64,000 nucleotides of DNA from Isurus oxyrinchus (GCA_026770705.1 JANJGN010000021.1:104966001-105030000); one strand, 5' to 3'. Numbered from the stretch's first letter, positions 24,881-38,460 are shown. The notes: generated by a model not told the origin, from the sequence alone. Made by a program: numbers and translations.

Positions 24881-25885
24881 TTAAACCCTTTTGATATAGT
24901 AGTCTATGACACATTGGGTTAAGTGCACACTGCCTGCTCACAACCCAGTTATTGTCTGTTTTATGTTTTTTAAAGTACCTTTTATTTATCAACATATAGC
25001 TCAAAAGATCAGTTTCAGAACTTGCCAGTCATGGAGCATTAATAGGCATAAGTGGGCGCTGCTGCACCTCACTCTGATGTTTCAAACCCCTGGGCCAATG
25101 TCGCTTCCTCTGCCATGTGGCTCGACAGTGGCCTTACTGCCCTTTTGCGCTTGCTCCTTTTCCCTGCTCTGCCTCTATCGCCGCCCTCTGCAGGCCCCAC
25201 ATTCCCTGGTGATTCTCGTCCGTTTCCCCATACCAGGACTCAGTGATAAGTGCCTCTTTACAGAAGTGTTGGCAGGACTTTTTCTCCAATCGAAGAGCTT
25301 TCAGCTTTTAATATTGAAAATCAGTCAATCTCAGAACTGGTCAACATGCCAAAGAGGAAGGAACTCTTCGCGGGACGGCAAGGGACTTTCAGATTATGTG
25401 CTGCTGGGATAAAGGCGGGGTGCCGCATCTCCTTACTGAGCTTCCATCTTCCATCAACTGGAACTCATTCACAAACAATCACCCAAGGTAAACCGAATTG
25501 AAAGCTAAAGGTACATTGAGCTACTTTGAAAACAAGATTATAAAATATACAGAGTGTGACCAATGTAAAATGGCACTTAGTGGTCAACATCCATTTGATC
25601 TTATCCTTGTGATTGACAGAGGCAGCGATCGATAGCTAGGCGCTGTGTCTTCAGACAAAGTGACATCAGTGGTTAAATTGCACAGGCTGTTGTTGTACAA
25701 CTTCTGGCCCTGTGATTACACATACAGTATCAGAGATTCCCTGACCAAGCAGAAGGAACCGAGGATTGGAGAGATTGAAGGACAAGCAAAGGTTGGATGC
25801 AACTAATAGGTTCCGTTTCTCACATTTTAAGGTTTGATTTCAACATGATGCACTTGGGAAGGCAGAAATCTACAGTTTCGTTTAG

Positions 25886-26052
25886 CCACTGTGAGATTTG
25901 AACTCTTGATACTCTTTCGAGTACAAACCCGTTTCCATCTGTTTCAGATGAAGTTACATTGTTTCACAGTTTTGCCATTGTGAGATTTGAACTCTTGATC
26001 TTGGGATTACAAACCCAGTACCATAACCACTTGGCTATTTAGGCCAAGCCAC
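25886..26052 (-). mobile_element. Dimeric tRNA-derived SINE, copy 1, with 14-bp TSD
   Basis: A-box TAGCCAAGTGG and B-box GTTCAAATC; TSD ACAGTTTCGTTTAG at 25872-25885 and 26053-26066; near-identical to 62911-63053. Confidence 0.85.
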
Positions 26053-27069
26053 ACAGTTTCGTTTAGAAAGGCTAAACTTAAATTGTCACTAATAAGCACG
26101 GCACTTTGTCATCTGAAATATTGTATCGGCGTAATATGGCAGTTCTTGTGGTGTCAATGTGCAGTTAAATTTCCGAAGGCGATGGTGCGTTTGAGTAATA
26201 TTTGCCGAGGATCCGCATTTAGATGTGAAGTCATGAACTATTTTCACATTAACCGAAAATTTACCTTTAGTAGAAATATAATGAAAATATGTATTAAGGC
26301 ACACGTGTTCAAATGTCATTGAAATTTATTTGCAGTGGGTCACTGAACGAATGTTAGGAATCTACTGTCAGCTGTTGCTGTAAATACAATGGCATCACAA
26401 AACATGCATCATATATAAACCAGTGAAAAGGTGACTGAAAGGTGACATGCAATTTAACGTGGAAATTGTATGAAGTTCATAATATGTTACACTATAGGGT
26501 CTGTCCAGTAAAGATATATCTTTAGATGTCTGCACTACAGAATTAAAATGTTGCTACTGTTCAGGTTCCCATTATACGCGTTAGCTCAATTACATCTACA
26601 AGCCTCGTACAGCGAGCGACCTATATACATGCAGTAAGTTTGTCTCCTACGTATCTGCGCTCAAAATAACGTCGATTTGTTCCGACTGTGCTCTGCTGGA
26701 CATGCTAGTTATTTTCGAATCTGTGCCGCTATTTATAATACACTTCAATATCTCTGCAAACAGTGCACATTCATTTAACGGGTGAAAAATACGGACCAGT
26801 AAGAGCTATGCCGTTGCACACCATTGTTATCAGCACTTTAAATAATATGTTTTTGGTGTGCAAGTATGGGATTTAGTGTCGAACGCTGGTCGTCCTGAGA
26901 GAGTGCTGCCAGATTTCGTGCAATATAGAAATTTGATACAACTGAATAATTTGTCAGGGTACACCAGGGCCAAGTTCAACGTCAACAATGTTCCAGTGGA
27001 CCTAGAGTTACCTATCGGCCAGGCCAGGTAAGAATTTCTTCCATTTGGGACATTGGTGAATCATGGGGG

Positions 27070-27455
27070 AGACATGGAATCATGGTGGCAATGTCACTGG
27101 ACGTATCACTCAGCCTTATGTTCTGGGAACAGGGGTTCCAATTCCAACATGGCAGCTGATGGAACTTGAATGCAATTGAGAAATCTGGAATGATAAAGCT
27201 GGTCTCAGTAATGGTGTCCATGAAACTATCATCGATTGTGTAAGACCCCATCTGGGTCACTAATGTCCTTTCGGGAAGGAATCTGCCATCTTTAACTGGT
27301 CTGGCCTACGTGTGCCTCCAGATGCACAGCAATGCGGTTAACTCCTAACTGCCCTCGAAATTGCCTAGCAAATAAGTAAGAACCAAGGGCAATTAAGGAT
27401 GGGGAATGAATGCGGGCCTTGCCAGCGATGCCTATATCCCACGAGGGAATAAAGA
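27070..27455 (+). mobile_element. HE1-type shark SINE
   Basis: tRNA head, AAGCTGGTCTCAGTAATGGTG core, and HER1-shared tail GGGCAATTAAGGATGGG...GCCAGCGATGCC. Confidence 0.8.
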
Positions 27456-27819
27456 CAAAAGTGTTTACGATAACAGCTTCATAGTCACTTCAACTAATGC
27501 TGCATTCTTGCTTAATTTTTCCAAAGCTGAAATTCATGATTTGCAATGGTGGTGATTTGAAATCAGTTATCTGCATTTTCAACCCGGGATTTTGAATCAC
27601 ATGTCCAGCAACATAACCATCTCTGTTAGCACCAGTGAAAGACATGAACCAGTTTCATGCTAAGTGCACAGACTACTTCAATCGAAGGGAAACATTTACT
27701 ATAGATGTTTATTTTCATTTGCAAAGAGCTCTTCCTAATGCTTTTCGCAACCTGAGACATTCAGTTCAAACAAGTCGGGTCATGCTTCCAGACAGACCCG
27801 CACCTCTGCTCTCACACCT

Positions 27820-29040
27820 TCCTCTCCCTCCTAGAACTATGATAGAGCCCCTCTTGGCCTCACTTATCACCCTGCCAACCTTCGCGTTCAAAGGATTGTC
27901 CTTTGCCATTTCCGCCAACTCCAGCATGATGCCACTGCCAAACACATCTTCCCTTCATCTCCCTGTTGGCATTCCATAGAGCCCGTTCTCTCTGGGACAC
28001 CTTGGCCCATTCCTCCAAAACCCCCAACACCTGATCTCCCTCTCACGGCATCTTCCCATGCAATCACAGAAGGTGCAACACCTACCCCTTTCACTCCTCC
28101 CTCCTCACCGTCCAACGGCCCAAACACTCTTTTCAGGTGAAGCTGAGCTTTATTTGCACCTCCTTCAATTTGGTCTATAGCATTCACTGCTACCAATGTG
28201 GCCTCCTCTGCATTGCAGAGGCCAAATGCAGGCTGGGTGACCACTTTGCAGAACACCTTCGGTCTGTCCCCAAGCATGACGCAGGCCTATCTGTCGCTTG
28301 TCATTTCAACACACCATCCTGCACTCATACTCACATGTCCATCCTTGGTCTGCTGCATTGTTCCAGTGAAGTCGAACATAAACTGGAGGAACAGCACCTC
28401 ATCTTCCGATTAGGCACTTAACTGTCTTCCAGACTTAAGATTGAGTTTAACAACTTCAGGCCATTAACTCTCTCCTCCATCGTCACCCCCTTTGTGTCCC
28501 TTTTTTTTCAATATGCACTCTCACTTCTTAATTTTTTTTCTTTCATTTTTTCAATTTTATTTTTATCCACTTATTTTTATTTCTACTTTTATTTAAATTT
28601 ATTTCTATTCATTGTTTTATCCTATTTTCAATCATTTTTCCCACCAACGTCCCCTCCCCATCCCACCCCCTCTAGGGCAATCTGTCACATGTTCATGTTG
28701 TCCTTTCCAGAGTGCTTACCCTTGTCCCGCCATTATCACATTCTGCTCTCCAAACTTAATGCCACCATCAGAACCACCTTCATCCAGTACCACTATCATT
28801 AACAACCCATTTGCTCTTTTGTCCATGACATCACTGGCAATCTTTCATTTGCCCCCATCTATCGATGGCCTTTTATCCAGCTTCACCTGCTCCAACCCCC
28901 TTAAACAGTACAAATTTCATGGCACTTCACTTCTCTTTAGCTCTAACGAAGGGTCATACGGACTCGAAACGTTAACTCTGTCTTTTTTCTCCACAGATGT
29001 TATTAGACTTGCTGAGTTTTTCCAGCATTTTCTGTTTTTG
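27820..29040 (+). mobile_element. Penelope-like element 3' half (GIY-YIG endonuclease and pLTR with hammerhead relic)
   Basis: FICTSFNLVYSIHCYQCGLLCIAEAKCRLGDHFAEHLRS...LEEQHLIFRLGT; hammerhead-like motif at ~28943-28978. Confidence 0.85.
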
Positions 29041-32000
29041 TATCAAATGAATTATATTCAGTGACCTTTGTTTTTCTAAATCCTCAATGGATGATTAATT
29101 AATAGCACCTGGTAATAAACTGAACAGTTTATATGTTAAATTGAGCAAATTGATTCCCTAATTGATTAACAGCAGTGTGCCAAAAGTGCAACCGGCGACA
29201 CATTTCTTGATTGCTGACGTAGATTTTGCACGAAATGAGTGAGGTTACTTTGCAAACTTATTTGTGTTTCTGCCGATATTTTTGCCCCATCATTGCCGGC
29301 AGAACTTAAATCCGCCTTCGTGCTTTCTGGTACTGGGCTCCTGAACCCTTCTCGCTTGAAAACGTTCTGATCCGAGACGCCATCCTGTGGATCATGTGAG
29401 GGGAGAAGTGGGAGTTAGAGATACGCTACTGGTTTCAGACAACACGAGGGTTATGCGTGTGTTTTTTTAAAGGAGGTTTATAATAATGGTGGTTTTGAAA
29501 GGAGAGAGATCGACTTGGACAAACAGAACAGGAATCAGTCAGAACATTAGTTAGAATCAAAGGTTATGACGCAAATTAAGTAATAGAGCGTTGAGCACGG
29601 GTAGATCCAGGGATTGGGACAGATCTTACATAGAAAGAAACACCATCTTACTGAATTGTTCCGGACGAGCATATTCTTTCCATTTGATTTTCTCATTTCA
29701 ATTTAACTTGGTACACCCTATGACACGACTTCCTATATATTTAGAGAAAGTGGTACTCAGCATTAAGATTAATGGTTATTTCGCATTATTGTATCAGTCT
29801 AGTATAATTTTGGGTTGATATTACAACATTAAAAATTGTAAATATTGCGTTTGAACTGTATATTAATTCTATCTCTATGGGTTATTTTAAGTGGCCTTTT
29901 CTCTTTCCCGAATTGAGATAATTTACGCCAAGGAAATATACGCGGCAAAGCCATTCCAATATGGAAGGCATGGCACATTGTGGTGCTTCGGATTTGGCAA
30001 TTGCTTAGTGCTTATTGTAGACTTTAGGGAAAATAAAGCATTCAAATATTCGAAAAGAGTAACTTGCTCAATTTGTGGATACTCTGCTACGAAGTTAAAC
30101 TCTTTATCCAGCTCAACTTGTGGGAGGCCATTCATCGCAACCCTACATTAATTTAACCAAGGATACATAGGACCATGGTGGAACAATATCAAAGAGCAAC
30201 AGACTTACGATGTTTCCGAATATTCAGACAAACGCAGATCATCGCTGGCTAGCCGAGTTGTCCGATTTGCAGCCGAATTAGGTAAACTGACTCGATCGGA
30301 CGCCTTGTCAAGTTATGTAGCTTATTACTGAAGGGCGTGCATATCTGCTCGTACTTGCGCTTGTGAATCTGCGTGTATGTATTTCTGTGTATGTGTGTCT
30401 ATGTGCGTATATGTTCTCTGTTGTGTGATGTTTTTGTGCATTAGTGGGATATGTGCATGTTTAGAACGCACTACTTAAAGAATACTTCACCTTCCTTTTC
30501 TCTACCGCCTCTGGATACTAGCGATAGAATGGAACCTGGTGCAATTTAAATGTAATCACACACAAGCCTATACAATGACATACAAAGCATTGTAACCCAT
30601 CTTTTATGTTGCAAAAGCTCATTCAGTGGTGCCACGCTATAAGTATTAAATTGGAATGTAAGGCCATAGTGACTCAAATTGCAACGGACGTTAAAGTACG
30701 CAACCTGCAATAGCAACGCTTTCTTAACACCAGTTAACAAGCTGCAAAGCTGTTCGGATGAATGAACGGTATTAGGTATTTAGCTTCTGGTCAGTTAACA
30801 GCAGTCTGCACCACACGCCATGCGTCGATGGTAGAGACCGTCTGAAAGTGCTATATAATCTGATTTAAGTGCTTTCAGCCGTTGTTTTTAGACTTTCTAA
30901 AGTTGTTACTGGAAACAGTGACAGGTCAAAACGCATTGTTGTGGCCTCAAATGCAGCTACTGTCCATAGGTTCGATTTTAAGGTGCGTTGAGTCACGTAG
31001 CAGGCCAATTGTTGACACATACGATTGAAAGAGCTATTTCTAACACTTCCGGCTATTGTTAAGCGAAGGATAGATGTGTGATATAAGCAGATTTAAAAAT
31101 CTCCAGCATGACAAATCAATCAATTCCCTGCTGAGTATTAATGAGGGGAAGATTTTCCTTCGCACACATAATGGTGTTTAATTTCCTTAGAAAGCTGATA
31201 AACTTTCGGCAGAGTGATTCAGAAGGGTTCCCATGTTTTAGTTATTTTCTTCAAATTCTTAGGCATACGCTTCTATTCTGTGAAGCCATTGAACATTTTC
31301 ACCTCCCCGAGAAGGACGCTTTGCAGTCTGGTGCGTGAACTGGCAGACATCATAATCCACACCCTTTAAGAAACGGGTCTGATTTTCATTGCTTGAGGAT
31401 CCGGCCAGAGCTAGAAAGGACAAGCGATCCTCTCGGCCCAGTTGGTAAAGTCAAGCATGCTCTTTCTCCCCGGTTTGCGGACGTGGCTATTGTTGACCCG
31501 GGGCTGAAATTAGTTTTGGTAGATAAGGTCCGTTTCACAACACTTGCCGCGAAAATTTAAACTGTGGGGAGCAAAGAGGCTGCGAATTCGGTATTGTCTG
31601 CTTTCCCTAGCGCTCAGGACCGATTTCACCAGCTGAATATTTCGGGCGGGCTGTGCAATCTCTGACAACAATATTCGCGTAAGGGAGGAGATGTTGCGCT
31701 TGGGGGCTCTCTGATTTGGGGCAGCAGGGCAGGATTCTGTCCCATATACAACATGGCGCTCGGTGTAAGGTGATTTCCCAATCCGCGTGTTCATCCCATG
31801 AGAACGGATGCACTCAGTTAAGCATAATGAAAAAGACTTGTAATAGAAAGATATTCGAAGGATAAGAAAAGACCAAACAGAATGTGAGTAGTTGGAGGGG
31901 TTGAGTTATGCGAAGCCATATGTGAGTTGAAAAATTAACTCGAGGGAATATGATTGATGCTTTAGGGGTTGTAAAGGGGTTAGATAGTTTCTACGAGAAG

Positions 32001-32044
32001 CTAATAAGCTTAATGTTCGTAGTGAGCAATATGCGAACAGGCAT

Positions 32045-35000
32045 CCATACGAGCATACGAATAGGCCATTCAGCCCCTCGGGCCTGCTCCACCATTCAGT
32101 AAGATCATGACTGATTTAATTGTAACCTTAACCCCACATTCCTGCCTACCCCCGATAACCTGTAACCACCTTGTTAATCAATAATCTATCTAGCTCTTCC
32201 TTGAAATTATTCAAAGGCTCTGATTCCACTGCCTTTTGATGAAGAGAGTTCCAAAGACTCAGAACCCTCTGAGGGAAAAATAACTCTCCTCATCTTTGTC
32301 ATAAATGAGAGATCACTTACTTTAAACAGTGACCCCCCCCCCCCCAGTTCTAGATTCTCCCACAAGATGAAACATCCTCTCCACATCCACCACGTCAAGA
32401 CCCCTCAGGATCATAAATGTTTCAATTAAGTCGTCTCTTACTCTTCTACGTTCCAGTGGATACAAGCTTGGCCAGTCCAGCCTTTCCTCATAAGACAGCC
32501 CTCTCATTCCTGCTAATAGTCTTTCTATGAACTGTTTCTAACACAGCTATATCTTTCTTCAAATAAGGAGACCGGTACTGTACATTATACTCCAGACATG
32601 GTCGCACCAATGCCCCATACAACAAATTGGTACTGACTTTAAAGTGTGTAACCCGCATTAGCAACCCTTTCTTAACCCCAGCTAACAAGATGCAAAGTTG
32701 TACGGATGAATGAAAGTTATTCAGTGTTTAGCTTCTACGCAGTTAACAGGTTCTGCAAGACACTACTTTTGTAATCAATTCCCCTCACAAAACATGATAA
32801 CATTCTAGTACCCTTCTTAATTACTTGCTGCACCTGCATACTAACCTTTTGTGATTCATGCAGTATGACACCCATATCCCCCTGGGAATCTCAGTGCTGC
32901 TCAATCTCTCGCCATTTAAATATTAAGCATTTAAAAAAAATCTTCCTGCCAAAACGAGCGATTTCACATTTGCCCACATTATCCTCCATCTTTTCCCACT
33001 CACATAACCTATCTATGTCACTTTGTAGCCTCCTTACATCCTCTTCACAATTTACTTTCCTACCCATCTTTGTGTGATCAGCAAATTTAGCAACCATTCC
33101 TTCTGTCCCTTCATCCAAGACATTTATATAAATTGTAAAAAGTTGAGGCACCAGCACTGATCCTTGTGGCACACCACTCGTCACATCCTGCCAACCAGAA
33201 AAAAACCTATTTATACCAACTTTCTGCTTCCTGTTAGCTGGCCAAACTTCTATCCATGCCAATGTGTTACCCCCTACACCAAGAGCTTTTATTTTCTGCT
33301 ATAACCTATGATGTGACACTTGTTCAAATGCTTTCTTGAAATCGAAGTACAGCACATCCACTGGTTCCCCTTTATCCACAGCATATGTGACTCCTTCAAA
33401 GAGCTCCAATAAATTGGTTTAACATGATTTTCCTTTTAAAAAACAACGTTTACTCTGCTTGATAGCCTTGAATTTTTCTAATGCCCTGCTGTAAGATCTT
33501 TAATAATAGATTCTAACATTTTGACTGACACAGATGTTAGGCTAACTGGTCAATAGTTTCCTGCTTTCTATCTCACTCCCTTCTTGAATAAAAGAGTTAT
33601 ATTTGCTATTTTCCAACCTAATGGAACGTACCTCGAATCTAGAACATTTTGGAAAATTAAAACCAGTGCACCAACTACATCACTAGCCACTTCTTTCAAG
33701 ACCCTAGAATAAAGTCCATCCAGAACTGGGGAATTGCCAGTCCGCAGCCCCAACAGTTTGCTCAGTACCACTTCCCTGGTGATTGTAATTTTCCCAAGTT
33801 CCTCCCTCACTTCCATTTCCTGATTTACAGCTATTTTCAGGATGTTACTTGTGTCCTCTATTGCGAAGACCGAAACAAAATACCTGTTTAATTCAGCCAC
33901 CATCTCCCTATTTTCCATGATCAATTCCCCAGATGCACTCTCTACATGACCAACGCCCATTTTGTTAACTATTTTCTTATTTAAATACCGATAGAAATTC
34001 TTACTATCCGTGTTTATATTATTAGCTAGCTTTCTTTCATACTCTAATTTTTCCGTCCTTATTAATCTTTTTGTCATTCCTTGCTGTTCTTTATATTCTT
34101 TCCAATCTTCTGGCCTGCCACTCGGCTTTGCATAATTAGATGCTTTTTCTTTAATTTTGATACTGTATTTAACTTTATTAGTTAACCACGGATAGTGGGA
34201 CCCCCCCCCCCCCACCCCCAACCCATCGAATGTTTCTTTCTCATTGGAATGTACATATTCTGTTTATTCTGAAATATCCCTTTAAATGTCTTCCACTATG
34301 TCTGTTGACATATCCCTTAATCTCATTTGCCAGTTCACTTTATCTAGCTCTGCTTTCATGCCCTCATAATTACCCTTATTTAAGTTTAAAATACTAACCT
34401 TGGAAACATTCGTTTCTCCCTCAAATGAAAGCAAAATTCAATCATATTATGATTGCTCCTACCTAGGGGAGCCTTCACTTGGAGGTTGTCAATTATTCCT
34501 AACTCGTAGCCCATTACAAGATCTAGTAAAGACTTTTCTCTGGTTGGCTCCAGAACCTGCTGTTCTCAGAAACTATTCTGAAAACATTCTATGAACTCAT
34601 CTTCCATGCCAGCTTTGCCCATCTGATTTTTCCAGTTATGTGTAGATTAAACGCCTCCTAATTATTGCTACACATTTCTGGCAAGCTACCATTATCTCTT
34701 CTATTATACTCTGTCCTACTGTGTAGTTACAATTACGGGGCCTGTACGCCACTCCCACAAATGACTTCTTGCCCTTATCATCCCCCATCTCAACCCAAAC
34801 TGCTTCTACATCCTGGTTTCCTGAACTTAGGTTATCCCTTTGTAATGTGCTAATACTATTATTAATTATCAGAACCATTTCAACACATTTTCCTAACATC
34901 CTGTCCTTCTAGAATATCACACACCGTTCAATACTCAGGCCCCAATCTATGTCATCCTGTGGCCTTGTCTCTGTAATGGCTATCAGATCGTACTTACTTA

Positions 35001-36620
35001 TTTCCATTTGCACTATCTGTTCATCTTTTTTGTTTTATGTGTGTTTAGATACAGAGCGTTTAGTTTTGTCCTATTATTATTTTTGTAGTGTCCAGCCTTA
35101 TCTGTTGATTTACTCTTAGATTCGTCCTCTGTCCCTGCCTGTCACAGTCTGTTTATTATTTCCCATATTAAAACTGTCTCTCTTGCCTTGTCTTTGGTTT
35201 ACCACATCTTCCCATACTTGATCCCTTGCCCCCACTATTCAGTTTTCAACCCTCTCTACTTCCCTAGTTAGGCAGCTCGCAAAGACACCAGCCCCAGCAC
35301 TGTTCAGATGTAGACAATCCCAATGGTACAGATCCCACTTTCCCCAATACTGGTGACATTGCCTCAAGCTAGAGTCCGCTTCTCCCACACCAGTGTGTCA
35401 GCCACGCATTCTTTTCTCGAATCTTATTTGTCTTATACCAATTTGCAAGTGGCTCAGGTAATAACCCCGAAATTATTACCTTTGAGGCTCTGCTTCTTAT
35501 TTTGGTGCCTAGTTTGTCATACTGGCTATGTAGAGCCTCCTTCCTCCTCCTGCCTATGGACTTGATACCTATATGGGCCACAGTCAATGGATTCCCGTCC
35601 TCCCACAGTAAGTTCCTCTTCAGCCCTAAGCAGATATCCTGAACCCGGTAGTGGGCAGGCAACAAAGCCATCTGGACTCTTGCTCTTTGCTACAGAGAAC
35701 AGTGTCAATCCCCTTACTCTACTGTCCCCTACTGCCAATACGTTGCTTTTTTCTCCCCCATTTGGATGGCTTCCTCTACCATGGTGCCGGGGTCAGTTTG
35801 TTCATCCACTCTGTAACCCCCACGCTCATCCAAATAAGACAAAAGAACCTCAAACCTCTTGGGTATTTGCAGAGGCTCGCACTCCTGCCCTCTGCCTCCC
35901 CTTACCTGCCTCAGTTGCAGTCGCACCCTCCTATCCCTGACCACTGACCAAATCAGAAGATCCTATCCGAAGTGGCGTGACTGTCTCCTGGTATAAAGCA
36001 TCCAGATGACTTTCCCCCTCCTTGATAAGTCACAGTGCCTGCAGCTCAGCCTCCAGCTCAATGAATCTGAGTCAAGCCACAAACACTTACTGCAGACGTG
36101 CTTGCACTGGATCAGTATGTTATCCAAGAGCTTCCACATGCTGCAGCCTTGACAAGTCACCTGACCTCCCATCCTTAATGTGTTTTAAATAATTACTTAA
36201 TTATATTAACTACTTCTTAATGTTGCCTTCTTATATATTTTATTAACTTTCCCACCAAATTAAGTACAATTTTAAAATTTAGGATAGAATAAAACTTACC
36301 AACTTACCAGATACTCAACAAAGAATAGAGCAAGAACCCATTTCTATGGGGTGAGCAAGATAGCAACGAACAACTCCTTTTCCCCTTTCACCAAATTCCC
36401 CTCTCACCAAGCCCCAAGTCTTCACTCAGTTACCACAACTGCACTCCATTGGCCAAGACTGCACTGAAGAACCATGAATTTATAGTAAACTGAGCTGGGG
36501 CTGCAGTAATCAGCTGTAACCAGTTAGCTAACTAACTACTTAGCTCCTAAAGTTGAGAGTGAGTTTACACTGTCTGAGCTGCAAGTAAGAAATAACTTAG
36601 CCTGTTTACACAGTACTTTC
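32045..36620 (-). mobile_element. Near full-length degraded CR1 LINE (ORF1 zinc finger and SGNH esterase; ORF2 endonuclease-RT)
   Basis: ORF1: CQGCSMW..CSKC, AVGDSRVRG, SKVIISGLLPEP. ORF2: GVAYRP, SGVPQGSVL, KFADHTK. Confidence 0.9.
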
Positions 36621-37446
36621 CAGTTACTAACCACAGACTAGGTTATAGTGTAAGAGCAAAATTTAAGAACAACATTCACACACAAAATTGCCCTCTCACA
36701 AAACTCAAATTCTCCATTCAATTGGTCCACAGCACTCCGTTCGCCTGGGAAACTATTAGAGACAATAATAAAGAATAAAATTATTTGGCTATTGGGGAAG
36801 TAGAAGAGCAGAAAGAGAAGACATGGCAAGCGATTGAAGAGCGTGAACTGCAAGGGCAAAATAATCACTGAACGCATAGTTAAGCTATGGAAGAGACTAC
36901 CTAGAAAATGGTGAAAGAACTTTAAATTGCCTCAAGAACTGTAAATTCGATAGCTTTCTTCAAAAAGGTTATGTTTTGGATTTCAGTACTTTAGTGACTG
37001 TGGGTTGGGGGGGGTGAGGGGGGGGGGGGGGTGGTGGTGGGGTTGGGTGAGGGAACGTCATGTGGTTAGTGTACCACACTGAGGAGGAACAACTTGATTT
37101 TGGGCCTCTGCTTCCAAATGTATCCACCACTGGAGTCTTCCTCAACTTATGTCGGGGTCTATGGATAGATATGGATCTTCGTGATTCACCAAACCACTTT
37201 GTTTTTGTGTCATGCGATGACAAGAATGGCAGAAAACTGGTAGCAGGATAGGCCTTTGTCGTCTATTGTCTAGCAATTCTAATTTTCCTAAGTGCAATCA
37301 TGTCTGGCTAATTCGCTCAAATGACCCTTGTCCATTTTGAGAAGCGTGAAAATCACGAGACTCGGCACTGGCAAATGTCTCCTTCCTAAATTTGTCAGCT
37401 CAGATGAAAACAGGCTGGAATTGGAACTTGAGATTCTCTGTCAATT

Positions 37447-37672
37447 GAAAGCAAAATAATGCGGGTGCTGGAAATCTGAAATTAAAACAGGAAGTGCTGG
37501 AAAATGACAGCAGATCTGACAGAATCAGGCTGTGGAGCGAGGAACAGAGAAAACGATTCGAGCTCAGTATAACTCTTCTTCAGAATCTTCATGTTGGACT
37601 CGAAACGTTAACTCTGTTTCTGGCTCCACAGAAGCTGCCAGACCAGTTGACTGTATCCAGCACTTAGGTTTT
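37447..37672. mobile_element. Fold-back Penelope pLTR-derived element
   Basis: Inverted halves (GCTGGAAAT...CTGTGGAG / CTCCACAG...CCAGCA) around hammerhead remnants. Confidence 0.7.
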
Positions 37673-38204
37673 TTTTAATTATCTGAGAATCTCCGTCCTC
37701 CGTTAAAGATACCCCTTCCTAAGAAGGCATCAATAATGCCTACTATGTGTTCATTGCAACTATTCCAACGTCTCCATCAAGTCACTCTAATTTAGCAAGA
37801 TACAGAACTCATTACTTATGATTCCAAAAGGGAACTTATTTTATTAATAAGATAAGTGCTGCACACTTGTATCTTTAGTCAAGAATGACTCACTCCGCTA
37901 ACCCTCAATGTCACGTGCTGTTTCATAGTTTGTATTGCTATTTTAGCTGGAAGCTGTAATTTAATCCACATTTAAAACGCAAGATAAATATACATACTTC
38001 TCTTCTCCATTCCCTTGTCCTGAGATCAAGAATGGTCAAGTCCGAAGCTATACCGCTAGGATCTAACAGTTTCTGAAGCAGGAGTGGTGTTTATTTTGTA
38101 AACATAGAGACACATTATTGATATATGCAAAATCCTGCATTATCCAACTCTAAATTTATCGGATTTCATTTCCCAAGCAATTTTAAAGCAGCCTGTTAAA
38201 TATT

Positions 38205-38460
38205 AAATAAAGACAGAAAACGCTGGAAAAGTTCAGCAGGATTTGCAGCGTCTGTGGAGAGACAAACACGCGTAATGTTTCGAATCCCTGTGACTCTTCT
38301 TCAACATAAATTATATTTTTGCTCTGAAGATGAGTCACACGGATTCGAAACGTTATCTGTTTCTACCTGCATAGATTCTGCCAGACCTGCTCATTTGTTT
38401 TCCAGGATTATCTGTTTGTATTTCAGTTATCCAACATCCTCACTACTTTGCTTTTATTTT
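38205..38460. mobile_element. Fold-back Penelope pLTR-derived element with hammerhead core
   Basis: Inverted halves; CTGAAGA-T-GAGTC-ACACG-GATTC-GAAACGTTA at 38324-38355. Confidence 0.7.

Noticed and set aside
25180-25480. Third degenerate V exon on the minus strand (GTYH*VLVWGNG)
   Set aside because: No conserved Trp or Cys spacing and no DNA similarity to the two V exons; likely chance.
25911-25970. Hammerhead ribozyme within the tailless SINE
   Set aside because: CTGAA...GAAA is present, but the required G8/A9 core and stem geometry are missing.
25980-26050. Functional tRNA-Thr(TGT) gene (also 62915-62987)
   Set aside because: Acceptor and anticodon stems are largely unpaired, and the unit sits inside a TSD-flanked insertion.
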